Origin: Actinomycetota bacterium | GTDB taxonomy: Bacteria > Actinomycetota > Acidimicrobiia > Acidimicrobiales > MedAcidi-G1 | NCBI GenBank assembly: GCA_014381745.1 | Contig: JACNLA010000026.1 | Coordinates: 13,069-77,068, forward strand | Direction: 5' to 3' | DNA: 64,000 nucleotides | Part shown: positions 49,213 to 58,353 of the stretch, piece after piece | How the letters are laid out: each line of letters opens with the position of its first letter | Position numbering within the stretch: position 1 is the first letter of the stretch | Translations under genes and position numbers: made by a program | Notes under the pieces: model-generated | Databases searched by the model: none | What the model was told of the DNA's origin: nothing | The model's input: only the letters and a program-made list of their open reading frames with translations

Positions 49213-50084
49213 CCGACGTGGACATTGCCGAACTCCTGAACCGGTGCACCTTCGCCCCGGTCGGAACGGCGGTGGACTGTGCCGTGTCGGGCGGGCCCGA
49301 CTCGATGGCCCTGTTGGTTCTGGCTGTAGAGGCAGGCCTCGATGTCACGGCGTGGCACGTGGACCACGGGTTACGACCCGAATCGGCTTCCGAGGCCGAG
49401 TTGGTTGCCAGGACCGCCGTTTCGCTCGGTGCAGCGGCAATGAGGGTGGAGGCGCCTGTTGTGGATGGTTCGAATCTGGAGGCGCGTGCCCGCGAGGCAC
49501 GCATGGCGGTCCTGCCGGCGGGGGTGTTGACAGGTCACACCGCCGACGATCAGGCGGAGACCGTGATCATGAACCTGCTGCGCGGGTCGGGGGTTCCGGG
49601 CGCCGCCGGGATCGGGGACCCCGGTCGACGACCTCTGTTGGCGCTCCGGCGGGCTGAGACGGTAGCGGTCTGTGAGTTGATGGGCATTAGTCCGGCACAC
49701 GACACGATGAACGACGATCCGCGGTTTTTCCGCAACAGGGTCCGCCACGAGGTGCTTCCCCTGATGGCCGATGTCTCGGGCCGCGACCCGGTGCCGATTC
49801 TGGCCCGGCATGCGGACCGGGCCCGTGAGGCGGTGGGCCTGATGTCATCTCTGGTCGCTGATATCGATGCCACAGACGCATCGGTTCTGGCGGGGTTGCC
49901 CGACGATCTGGCCAGGCTGGCCCTTCGAACATGGTTGACCGACTGCTCGGGTGGCCTGCCGCCGGATCTTGCATCGGTTGAAAGGGTCATGGAGGTTGCC
50001 CGCGGAGAACGCCGGGCGGCCGAGGTGGTGGGCGGACACAGGGTCGAGCGGTCTGCTGGCCGCCTGACGCACCTGCCCGGCTAG
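49209..50084 (+). CDS. tilS: tRNA(Ile)-lysidine synthetase (short form)
   Basis: The PP-loop is AVSGGPDSMALLVL. Also DHGLRPES and TADDQAETVIMNLLRGSG. 291 aa. It lies upstream of hpt. Confidence 0.88.
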   Translation: MTDVDIAELLNRCTFAPVGTAVDCAVSGGPDSMALLVLAVEAGLDVTAWHVDHGLRPESASEAELVARTAVSLGAAAMRVEAPVVDGSNLEARAREARMAVLPAGVLTGHTADDQAETVIMNLLRGSGVPGAAGIGDPGRRPLLALRRAETVAVCELMGISPAHDTMNDDPRFFRNRVRHEVLPLMADVSGRDPVPILARHADRAREAVGLMSSLVADIDATDASVLAGLPDDLARLALRTWLTDCSGGLPPDLASVERVMEVARGERRAAEVVGGHRVERSAGRLTHLPG

Positions 50085-50095
50085 GGTCGGTTCAC

Positions 50096-50683
50096 ATGGG
50101 CAACGATCAGTTGGAGGGTGATGCCGGACCGGCTCTGGTGCCCGGTCGGATCCTCGTGAGCGCCGAGCAGTTGGCCGAGCGGGTGGCCGACCTGGGGGCC
50201 GAGATCACCGCCGACTATGCAGGCCGAGCGCCGTTGCTTGTAGGGGTTCTGAAGGGGGCGTTCATGTTCATGAGCGACCTCTCCAGGGGCATCGACCTAC
50301 CGGTCGAGTTCGACTTCATGGCGGTGTCGTCTTATGGGCACTCGACCCGGTCGTCGGGTGTCGTCCGCATCGTCAAGGACCTCGATCTGGATCTTGCCGG
50401 GCGTGACGTCATCCTCGTCGAGGACATCGTCGACAGCGGCCTGACCCTCAACTACCTACGCCGGAACCTGATGGCACGCAACCCCGCCAGCCTCGAGGTG
50501 TGTGCGCTGCTGGTTCGAGAAGACCACAGCGTCGACGAGGAGATCCTGCGCTACGAGGGGTTCAGAATTCCGGCTGATTTCGTGGTCGGCTACGGGCTGG
50601 ACGTGGACCAGCGGTACCGGAACCTGCCCGACATTCGGGTCGTCGAGCCGGCCACCGGGGCCGAGGTCGCCGAGGCGTCCTAG
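50096..50683 (+). CDS. hpt: Hypoxanthine phosphoribosyltransferase
   Basis: The PRPP-binding motif is VILVEDIVDSGLTL. Also LKGAFMFMSDL and VGYGLDVDQRYRNLP. 195 aa. Confidence 0.93.
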   Translation: MGNDQLEGDAGPALVPGRILVSAEQLAERVADLGAEITADYAGRAPLLVGVLKGAFMFMSDLSRGIDLPVEFDFMAVSSYGHSTRSSGVVRIVKDLDLDLAGRDVILVEDIVDSGLTLNYLRRNLMARNPASLEVCALLVREDHSVDEEILRYEGFRIPADFVVGYGLDVDQRYRNLPDIRVVEPATGAEVAEAS

Positions 50684-50719
50684 GCACCGCCGAGCGGGGT
50701 TGATCTAGATCCACCGACA

Positions 50720-51556
50720 ATGACTGAGAATTATCGTTGGTCGGCCCCTTGTGTCGCCGGTCGTACCGTTAGATTCAGGGACGTGGGTGCCGTGATGGGA
50801 GTTCTGAACGTGACCCCCGATTCCTTTTCGGACGGGGGCCTCTTCCTGGACCACCCGGCTGCCCTGGAGCACGGCAGGTGGCTCATCTCACAAGGTGCCT
50901 CTGTGGTTGACGTGGGCGGCGAATCCACCCGCCCGGGGGCCGATCCTGTTGGTGTTGAAGAGGAGTTGGAGCGGGTGCTACCGGTAGTTGAGGGCCTTGC
51001 CGACGAGGTCAGGGTCTCCATCGACACCCGACATGAGGAGGTGGCAAGGGCCGCTGTCGCCGCAGGTGCGTCGATCCTGAACGACGTGAGCGCCGGCTTG
51101 GGACCGGTTGCAGCCGATCTGGGGGTTGCATGGGTGGCCATGCACATGCTCGGAGACCCACGGACCATGCAGGAGCAACCGCATTATGACGACGTCGTTG
51201 CCGAGGTCCGTGACTTCCTCGTCGAGAAGGCCGAAGAGGCCGGGAGTGCTGGTGTCAAGGAGGTGTGGATCGACCCGGGAATCGGTTTTGGCAAGACGAC
51301 CGAACACAACCTGTCGATCCTCGCGAACCTCGATGTACTCGTCGATACGGGCTGGCCGGTCGTAATCGGAGTTAGCCGCAAGAGGTTCGTTGGGGAGGTG
51401 ACCGGTGCAAGCGACGGGTCCGCCACGCTGACCGACGTGGGTGATCGACAGGAAGGTTCGGTGGCACTGGCCACCTGGGCCTACGCGCAGGGAGTGGACA
51501 TGGTCAGGGCCCATGATGTGGGGGCGACCCTGGATGCGGCGAGGGTGGTCGCATGA
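50720..51556 (+). CDS. folP: Dihydropteroate synthase
   Basis: VMGVLNVTPDSFSDGG, VDVGGESTRPG, ILNDVS, DPGIGFGK. 278 aa. Confidence 0.94.
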   Translation: MTENYRWSAPCVAGRTVRFRDVGAVMGVLNVTPDSFSDGGLFLDHPAALEHGRWLISQGASVVDVGGESTRPGADPVGVEEELERVLPVVEGLADEVRVSIDTRHEEVARAAVAAGASILNDVSAGLGPVAADLGVAWVAMHMLGDPRTMQEQPHYDDVVAEVRDFLVEKAEEAGSAGVKEVWIDPGIGFGKTTEHNLSILANLDVLVDTGWPVVIGVSRKRFVGEVTGASDGSATLTDVGDRQEGSVALATWAYAQGVDMVRAHDVGATLDAARVVA

Positions 51557-52065
51557 GGGGCAAATGGGCCAAGGGCATCGTGCCAACCGGGTTTTCCTGG
51601 ATCATCCAGGACCAGATAGCGGTATGTGAAAGGCCTGGTGGATTCGGTTCCAGCCATCGTCGTGTCCGCCGCCAGGAGGAGATCATCTGGATTCGTGAGA
51701 ACGACTTCGACATGATCGTCTCCCTTCTGGCAAGTGACCACAACCTCCACAACTATGACGAGTTGGATGTCGCCTGGACCCAGCTGCCGTTCAGTGGGGC
51801 CGACGACGGCCTGGTGAGGCTGGTCGAGGTCTTTGAACGGTTCGAGGAGATGACGAAGGACGGCGGTCGCATCATCGTGCACCGCGACGAGTTGAACGAC
51901 ATCGTCTGTGGTCTGATGGCTGCGTTCCTGCTCTGGAGGGGGCTGGTCCCCACCGGGCCTAGGGCCATTTCCATCACAGAGCAGTTGCTAAGCCGTCCGC
52001 TCGGCAACCCGGGTCGTCGTATCGTGGCCCTGGTTGTAGACGCCGCGCCTGACGCCAGTTCATGA
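51553..52065 (+). CDS. Hypothetical protein, dual-specificity-phosphatase-fold-like with degenerate active-site loop
   Basis: ATGA overlaps at both ends (folP stop and folK start). 170 aa. The layout FSWIIQDQIAVCERPG...EEIIWIRENDFDMIVSLL...AWTQLPF.D...GGRIIVH resembles bacterial DSP/PTP-like proteins. The HCxxGxxR P-loop position, however, reads HRDELNDI. The fold assignment is by eye only. Confidence 0.5.
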   Translation: MRGKWAKGIVPTGFSWIIQDQIAVCERPGGFGSSHRRVRRQEEIIWIRENDFDMIVSLLASDHNLHNYDELDVAWTQLPFSGADDGLVRLVEVFERFEEMTKDGGRIIVHRDELNDIVCGLMAAFLLWRGLVPTGPRAISITEQLLSRPLGNPGRRIVALVVDAAPDASS

Positions 52066-52553
52066 CTGCCAGCGCCGGCGGCTTGACCCGACGGGCGCTG
52101 CTGGGTCTTGGTTCCAACGTTGGTGACCGTTGGGCACATCTTCGCGGAGCGGTGGCCGCCATGCCTGACGTGGTCGAGGTTTCTGCCGTGTATGAGACAG
52201 CGCCGGTTGGTGGCCCGGATCAGGGCCCGTACCTGAACTGTGTGGTTCGACTGGATACCGCTCTGTCGCCGAGGGCCCTTCTTGAACTGTGTCGGGAGCG
52301 TGAGGTCGCCGCTGGGAGGGTTCGTCGGGTGCGTTGGGGCCCAAGGACCCTTGACGTGGATGTTCTCTGGATTGACGGCGAGAGCGTCAATGAGCACGAC
52401 CTGACGGTGCCACATCCACGCATGTTCGAGAGAGCCTTCGTTCTGGTCCCGCTGCGCGACGTCGCCCCGGATCTGGTCGATGTGATTCCCGGCAACTTCA
52501 GCGGTGAGGAGATTGTCCCGGTTGGTCCCCTGGCTGAGCCGGGTGGGTTCTGA
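52062..52553 (+). CDS. folK: 2-amino-4-hydroxy-6-hydroxymethyldihydropteridine diphosphokinase
   Basis: ALLGLGSNVGDR, YETAPVGGPDQ, WGPRTLDVDVL, TVPHPRMFERAFVLVPL. 163 aa. Confidence 0.93.
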   Translation: MTASAGGLTRRALLGLGSNVGDRWAHLRGAVAAMPDVVEVSAVYETAPVGGPDQGPYLNCVVRLDTALSPRALLELCREREVAAGRVRRVRWGPRTLDVDVLWIDGESVNEHDLTVPHPRMFERAFVLVPLRDVAPDLVDVIPGNFSGEEIVPVGPLAEPGGF

Positions 52554-52556
52554 GCC

Positions 52557-53279
52557 ATGGCAGGTCGAGCGCGGATAATCGGGCCGGGCCGGGCCGGAAC
52601 TGCCCTGGGACGGGCAATGGAGGTTTCCGGATGGACGGTTGTTGAGTTTCTGGGACGCCACGATGCACAGGGTGGAGCGGCCGATGGCGTCGACCTGCTG
52701 GTAATTGCCACACCGGACCGGGTGGTTGCCGAAACCGCCTTGGCCGTGGAGCCTGTAGCCGAAACGGTCGTGGTGCACATGTCGGGCGCCCTCGGGCTGG
52801 AGGTACTGCTCCCCCACACGCGTCGCGCCAGCGTGCACCCACTCGTCTCCCTCCCGGGCAGCGGTGTCGGGGAGCGTCGCCTGCTCGATGGTGCCTGGTT
52901 CGCTGTTGATGGAGACCCACTTGCTGGGATGCTGGTAGATGACCTCGGGGGAAGAGCTGTGGTCGTCTCCGCGAAGGATCGGGCTGCGTACCACGCTGCG
53001 GCGGTAATTGCTTCCAACCATCTGGTGGCACTCCTGGGTCAGGCTGAGAGGATCGCCAAATCGATCGGGGTCCCCCTCGAAGCCTTTTTGGAACTGGCAG
53101 CAGGGTCAGTTGACAATGTGCGGGACTTGGGGACTGTCAATGCGCTGACAGGACCGGCCGCACGAGGTGACGAGGCCACGATCAGGGCCCATTTGGAGGC
53201 ACTGGAGCCTGCAGAGCGGACTTCGTATCTGGCCGTAGCCGAACTGGCCCGCCGGCTGGCCGAGCTGAGCCCTTCATGA
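52557..53279 (+). CDS. Rossmann-like / DUF2520 domain protein (putative ketopantoate-reductase-type oxidoreductase)
   Basis: An N-terminal IIGPGRAGTALG dinucleotide-binding loop and AAYHAAAVIASNHLVALL (a DUF2520-like block). 240 aa. It sits immediately upstream of panC, as in Mycobacterium (the Rv3603c position). Confidence 0.7.
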   Translation: MAGRARIIGPGRAGTALGRAMEVSGWTVVEFLGRHDAQGGAADGVDLLVIATPDRVVAETALAVEPVAETVVVHMSGALGLEVLLPHTRRASVHPLVSLPGSGVGERRLLDGAWFAVDGDPLAGMLVDDLGGRAVVVSAKDRAAYHAAAVIASNHLVALLGQAERIAKSIGVPLEAFLELAAGSVDNVRDLGTVNALTGPAARGDEATIRAHLEALEPAERTSYLAVAELARRLAELSPS

Positions 53280-54136
53280 CGACAGCAGAGGTGGTCACGG
53301 TGGTGGACGATCTGCGGTCCAGGCTGGAGACGGTTCGGGCTGCCGGCGGATCTGTCGGTCTGGTGCCGACCATGGGTTTCCTTCATGCCGGGCACGCCTC
53401 GCTGATCGAAGCGGCTGTCGGAGGAAATGACATGACCGTCGTATCAGTGTTCGTGAATCCCCTGCAGTTCGCGGCCCATGAGGATCTGGACAACTACCCG
53501 AGGGATCCGGTCGCCGACCTTGAGCTGTGCGGTCGCAATGGTGCCGATCTGGTTTTCTCACCCTCGGTCGGGGAGATGTACCCGGACCCCGGTGTTGCCG
53601 AGGTCGAGGTGGGTGATCTGGCATCCCGTCTGGAGGGTGTCAGCCGGCCAGCCCACTTCCCGGGTGTCGCCACGGCTGTGTCCAGGTTGTTCGCCATTAC
53701 GGGCCCATGCAGCGCCTACTTCGGCGAGAAGGACTTTCAGCAGTTGGCCGTGGTCCGTCAGCTGGTGGCGAGCCACTCCATTCCTGTTGAGGTTGTGGGT
53801 TGCCCGACGGTGCGCGAGCCCGATGGCCTTGCGTTGTCAAGCCGCAACGCCTACCTGACCGAGGCCGAACGTGCAGAGGCAACGGTCCTGCACGCGGCGC
53901 TGCTGGCCGGTGCCGACGCTGTTGCAGCTGGTGAGTCGGACCCGGCGGTGGTTGCCTCGGCGATGTCCGGGATGATCGGCGGGGCCTCGACCGGTGAGCT
54001 CGACTACGTGGCCGTGGTCGACCCCGACACCTTCGTCACGCCGACCGTCATTGCCGGCGCAGGGGTACGTCTGCTGGTGGCTTGTCGGTTCGGCCGGGCG
54101 CGGCTCATCGACAATATGGCAGCGGCGCCCTCATGA
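53276..54136 (+). CDS. panC: Pantoate--beta-alanine ligase
   Basis: VPTMGFLHAGHASL (HIGH-like motif), VSVFVNPLQF, FGEKDFQQ, LALSSRN. 286 aa. Confidence 0.94.
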   Translation: MTTAEVVTVVDDLRSRLETVRAAGGSVGLVPTMGFLHAGHASLIEAAVGGNDMTVVSVFVNPLQFAAHEDLDNYPRDPVADLELCGRNGADLVFSPSVGEMYPDPGVAEVEVGDLASRLEGVSRPAHFPGVATAVSRLFAITGPCSAYFGEKDFQQLAVVRQLVASHSIPVEVVGCPTVREPDGLALSSRNAYLTEAERAEATVLHAALLAGADAVAAGESDPAVVASAMSGMIGGASTGELDYVAVVDPDTFVTPTVIAGAGVRLLVACRFGRARLIDNMAAAPS

Positions 54137-54190
54137 CCGGGGTGGCCGTCGTGTTGGTTGGCCTCGAGTCCGGCGGCAGGATTGGCGGCC

Positions 54191-55132
54191 ATGGACGCTG
54201 ACACGACTGATCGGGTCCGAGTCGTCGATGCCCGCATGGGCCGGCAGGCCGGCACCGGGCCGATACCGCCACCGGACGACGTCCGGGAGTGTGTCCGTAG
54301 GGCGTTGGCTGAGGACCTCAGCTCCGACGGCGACCTGACGGCGGCGCTGGTCCCTGCTGACGTGGTCGCATCGGGATCGCTGGTGGCCCGACAGGCCGGT
54401 GTGCTGGCCGGCTCGGCATGTGCCACCGAGGCCTTCCGACAGGTGGATACGGGCATTAGCGTCGACTGGCGACGGACCGACGGTGACGTGATGGAGGCCG
54501 GTGACGCAGTGGCCACCCTGACCGGGCCGTTGGCGTCGGTTCTGACCGCCGAGCGGACCGCACTCAACTTCGTCGGCCACCTGTCGGGCATAGCCACGCT
54601 GGTGGCCCGATGGGTGGAGGTAGCGGGTTCTGGTGCCGTTGTGTGGGACACCCGAAAGACCACGCCAGGTCTACGGGTGCTCGAAAAGGCTGCGGTTCGT
54701 GCCGGTGGGGGCGCCAATCACAGGGCCAACCTGAGCGAATGGGTGATGATCAAGGACAACCATCTGGTCGGCATGGACGTGGCTGCCGCAGTGGAGGCGG
54801 CCATGTCACGTTGGCCCGGTCGCGCAGTCCACGTGGAGTGCGACGAGATGGATCAGGTCGTCGAGGCCCTGGATGCCGGGGTCGATGCGATCCTGTTGGA
54901 CAACATGAGCACCTCCCAGGTCCGGGCATGCGTGGAGGTGGTGGACGCATGGGAGCAAGAACACGGTGACCGCCCACTGCTGGAAGCGTCCGGCGGCATG
55001 ACCCTCGACGTTCTGGCCGACTATGCGGCAACCGGCGTGGACTGTATTTCCAGTGGCGCATTGACCAACTCGGCCCCTACCCTCGATGTGGGCCTCGACA
55101 TGGACCCTGATCTGGAATGCTTGTCCGGATGA
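54191..55132 (+). CDS. nadC: Nicotinate-nucleotide diphosphorylase (carboxylating)
   Basis: RRALAEDLSSDGDLTA, ERTALNFVGHLSGIAT, DTRKTTPGLR, IMIKDNH, LLDNM, EASGG. I chose ATG 54191 because AGGA lies about 10 nt upstream. TTG 54158 or ATG 54236 are also possible. Confidence 0.88.
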   Translation: MDADTTDRVRVVDARMGRQAGTGPIPPPDDVRECVRRALAEDLSSDGDLTAALVPADVVASGSLVARQAGVLAGSACATEAFRQVDTGISVDWRRTDGDVMEAGDAVATLTGPLASVLTAERTALNFVGHLSGIATLVARWVEVAGSGAVVWDTRKTTPGLRVLEKAAVRAGGGANHRANLSEWVMIKDNHLVGMDVAAAVEAAMSRWPGRAVHVECDEMDQVVEALDAGVDAILLDNMSTSQVRACVEVVDAWEQEHGDRPLLEASGGMTLDVLADYAATGVDCISSGALTNSAPTLDVGLDMDPDLECLSG

Positions 55133-55160
55133 TCTCGACAACCGGGCATGGAGGCCTTCA

Positions 55161-55958
55161 GTGCTGCTGACCATCGACGTGGGCAACACCCAGACTGTTG
55201 TCGGCCTCTACGAGGACGACTGCGATGCCGCCACCGCCGAGACGGGCCTGGTGGAACACTGGCGTATTGCCACCGATGATGCCCGGACTGCTGACGAGCA
55301 TGCGGTGGTGATCGGCAACCTCCTGCAGTCAGCCGGCTACGACCTCGACGTTGGTGGCGTGAGCGTCTGCTCAGGCGTACCCAGGGTCCTGGCCAGCCTG
55401 CGGGAGATGATCGACCGCTACACCGGTGTTGATCCGGTCGTGATCGAACCCGGTGTGCGGACCGGAATGCCGATTCTCTACGACAACCCCAAGGAGGTTG
55501 GTGCCGACCGGATCGCCAACGCCGTGGCTGCGTACGCCCTTTACGGGGGCCCAAGCGTTGTCGTCGACTTCGGTACCGGCAACAACTTCGATGTGATCTC
55601 GGCCGACGGGGAGTTCATCGGTGGTGCCATCGCACCGGGCATCGAGGTCAGCCTCGATGCACTTTTCGGCAGGGCTGCGGCGCTCAGGTCTGTCGAGTTG
55701 GTCGAGCCACGGAGCGTCATCGGCAAGAGCACCGTCGAGTCGCTCCAGTCCGGGGCCGTATACGGCTTCGCCGCTCAGATCGACGGCATGGTCGGGAGGT
55801 TCCGCAACGAGCTTGGCGACTGCACTGTCATCGCAACGGGCGGACTGGCTCCGCTCATATCGCCGGTGGCCGAGTCGATTCAACACGTCGAGCCGTTTCT
55901 CACCCTCCACGGGCTCCGCCTTGTGTTCAACCTGAACCGGGAGGAGCGATCGAAATGA
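55161..55958 (+). CDS. coaX: Type III pantothenate kinase
   Basis: GTG 55161 is preceded by GGAGG (55150-55154). LLTIDVGNTQTVVGL, GADRIANAVAA, VVDFGTGNNFDV, TGGLA. 265 aa. Confidence 0.92.
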   Translation: MLLTIDVGNTQTVVGLYEDDCDAATAETGLVEHWRIATDDARTADEHAVVIGNLLQSAGYDLDVGGVSVCSGVPRVLASLREMIDRYTGVDPVVIEPGVRTGMPILYDNPKEVGADRIANAVAAYALYGGPSVVVDFGTGNNFDVISADGEFIGGAIAPGIEVSLDALFGRAAALRSVELVEPRSVIGKSTVESLQSGAVYGFAAQIDGMVGRFRNELGDCTVIATGGLAPLISPVAESIQHVEPFLTLHGLRLVFNLNREERSK

Positions 55959-57391
55959 GCGACCCGTCCGGCGACTCCACGCCCTACCGCTTCGAGCCGA
56001 CCACCACCGTCGCTGAACTCCATGACGGCTACGACCAGCTGGAGGACGGCGAAGAGACGGGGGTAGAGGTCACCGTCGCCGGGAGGCTGATGCTTCGCCG
56101 CGACCAGGGCAAGCTGGCCTTCGGTGTGCTGGCTGACCAGACCGGTCGTATCCAGCTGTTCGCCCCCCAGGCCTCCACACCGGACTTCGACGGTTTCACG
56201 AGCCTGCACATCGGTGACTGGCTGGGGGTCACCGGAGAGGTCATCAAGACCCGCCGTGGCGAGTTGTCGGTCCGCGTCGGTTCGTGGGTGCGCCTGGCAG
56301 AGGCAAGGCTGCCGTTCCCCGACAAGTGGCACGGCATTTCAGACCCCGACACCCGCTTCCGTCAGCGTTACGTGGATCTGTGGGTGACCGACGAGGCCCG
56401 GCGGGTGTTCACCCTGCGTAGCCGGGCCGTTTCGCTGATGCGTCGCTGGCTGGAGGACCGGAACTTCATGGAGGTGGAGACACCTGTATTTCATCCCATA
56501 CCTGGCGGTGCTGCCGCCCAGCCGTTCACGACCCATCACAACGCCCTGGACCTGGACCTCTACCTGCGTATCGCCCCCGAGCTGTACCTCAAGAGGTTGA
56601 CGGTCGGTGGCTTCGAGCGGGTGTTCGAGATAGCACGGGTGTTCCGCAACGAGGGGCTGTCGACCCGACACAACCCGGAGTTCACGATGCTGGAGCTGTA
56701 TCAGGCGTACGCCGACTACGGCGACATCATGGTGCTGGTCGAGGAGCTCGTGGCCCACCTGGCCGTGGAGCTTTTGGGTACCACCTCGCTCGTGTACGAC
56801 GGTCGCGATCTGGACCTTTCCGTGCCGTGGAGGCGTGCCACCATGTTCGACCTCCTCGAGGAACACAGCGGGTTACGTGTCGACATGGAGACACCACGAT
56901 CCGTGCTGGTCGGCTACTGCGAGGAGCGGGGCATCCCCGTCGAGGATCATCACGGTGTCGGCAAGCTGATCCTGGAGCTCTACGAGAAGACCACTGAACC
57001 CGAGTTGTGGGGTCCGGTGTTCGTCACCGACTACCCGAGGGAGGTCTCGCCGCTGGCACGTGACCACCGCACCAGCCCCGGGCTGGTCGAGCGGTTCGAG
57101 GGGATCGTCGCCGGACGCGAGATCTGTAATGCCTTCAGCGAGTTGGTGGACCCCGATGAACAGAGGGCCCGCTTCGGCGCTCAGGAGGCCGACAGGGCCG
57201 CGGGTGACGTCGAGGCAATGGTCGTGGACGAGGACTACCTGCGTGCGCTCGAGTATGGGCTTCCGCCCACCGGCGGCCTCGGCATCGGTATCGACCGGCT
57301 GGTGATGCTGCTGGGTGGGGTGTCGGCCATTCGCGATGTGATCCTGTTTCCGACGTTGCGTCCCGAACAGGGGTCAGCCGACCAGGCCTGA
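55955..57391 (+). CDS. lysS: Lysine--tRNA ligase (class II)
   Basis: OB anticodon-binding domain (VTVAGRLMLRRDQGKLAFGVL). The class-II motifs are FMEVETP, RVFRNEG and GLGIGIDRLVMLL. 478 aa. Confidence 0.95.
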   Translation: MSDPSGDSTPYRFEPTTTVAELHDGYDQLEDGEETGVEVTVAGRLMLRRDQGKLAFGVLADQTGRIQLFAPQASTPDFDGFTSLHIGDWLGVTGEVIKTRRGELSVRVGSWVRLAEARLPFPDKWHGISDPDTRFRQRYVDLWVTDEARRVFTLRSRAVSLMRRWLEDRNFMEVETPVFHPIPGGAAAQPFTTHHNALDLDLYLRIAPELYLKRLTVGGFERVFEIARVFRNEGLSTRHNPEFTMLELYQAYADYGDIMVLVEELVAHLAVELLGTTSLVYDGRDLDLSVPWRRATMFDLLEEHSGLRVDMETPRSVLVGYCEERGIPVEDHHGVGKLILELYEKTTEPELWGPVFVTDYPREVSPLARDHRTSPGLVERFEGIVAGREICNAFSELVDPDEQRARFGAQEADRAAGDVEAMVVDEDYLRALEYGLPPTGGLGIGIDRLVMLLGGVSAIRDVILFPTLRPEQGSADQA

Positions 57392-57396
57392 CAGGC

Positions 57397-58353
57397 TCAG
57401 CCGTTTAGGTCTGCCACCCGCGCCAGTAGGAGGTCGCAGGTGGAGCGCAGCGTCGACACGGCCGGTGTGTCGGGCAGGTCCACGAGTGAGGCCCGTGCCC
57501 TGTCGGTGAACTCCATGGCGGTTCCGGTTGCTGCGGCGATTGCGGGATCGGATCGCACGATCATGCGGGCCTTGTCGCGGGTGGCGTCGTCGATGGGGCC
57601 GCCCAGCAGGTTGCGTAGCTCGTCTCCGGAGGGCCCCTCCATTGCCAGGATCACCGGCAGGGTGTAGACGCCCTCGACCAGGTCGTTGCCGGCCGGCTTC
57701 CCCAGCTGCTCGTCGGTGGCGACAACGTCCAGGATGTCGTCGATGACCTGAAAGGCCATGCCGTAGTGGTGGCCGAAGTCTGCCACCGCCTCGATGAGAG
57801 GGCGGGGGTGATCTGCCACTATTGCCCCGACACGGGCTGCCGTGGCGAGCAGGGCGGCGGTCTTGCCGGAGATGGACGTGAGGTACGCCTCGCGGGTGCG
57901 ATCAACGTCGAACGCATGTCGCATCTCTCGGATCTGACCCTCGCAGAGTGAGGCGATCGTGGATGCCAGTAGGCCTGCCACCTCGGTTCCCAGGCTGGCG
58001 GCAATCTGGGAGGCGCGTGCAAGCAGGTAGTCGCCGGCGAGGATGGCCTCAAGGTTGCCCCAGCGGGCGTTGACGCTCTCGACGGTGCGTCGGGTGTCGG
58101 CACCGTCCATCACGTCGTCGTGGTAGAGCGACCCCTGGTGGACCAACTCCACGGCAACGCCGCCGGAGATGACGTCGTCGGTGGCGCTACCTGGTTGCGG
58201 GTTGGCCACCAGCGAGGCTGTAATCGCGAGCGCCGGTCTGATTCGCTTGCCACCGGCATCGATGAGGTGCCTGGCCACCTCGGTCAGGAACGGTTCGTCA
58301 GCCTCGACGGCACGGCGCAGGCCGGCTTCGATCCGCTCCAGGTCGGCAGCCAT
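57397..58353 (-). CDS. Polyprenyl diphosphate synthase (trans-IPPS family)
   Basis: Minus-strand ATG at 58353 (MAADLERIEAGL...) inside ORF 57397..58704. The first Asp-rich motif is LYHDDVMDGADTRR and the second is FQVIDDILD. Also GGKRIRP. 318 aa. Chain length cannot be assigned. Confidence 0.88.
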   Translation of the reverse strand: MAADLERIEAGLRRAVEADEPFLTEVARHLIDAGGKRIRPALAITASLVANPQPGSATDDVISGGVAVELVHQGSLYHDDVMDGADTRRTVESVNARWGNLEAILAGDYLLARASQIAASLGTEVAGLLASTIASLCEGQIREMRHAFDVDRTREAYLTSISGKTAALLATAARVGAIVADHPRPLIEAVADFGHHYGMAFQVIDDILDVVATDEQLGKPAGNDLVEGVYTLPVILAMEGPSGDELRNLLGGPIDDATRDKARMIVRSDPAIAAATGTAMEFTDRARASLVDLPDTPAVSTLRSTCDLLLARVADLNG

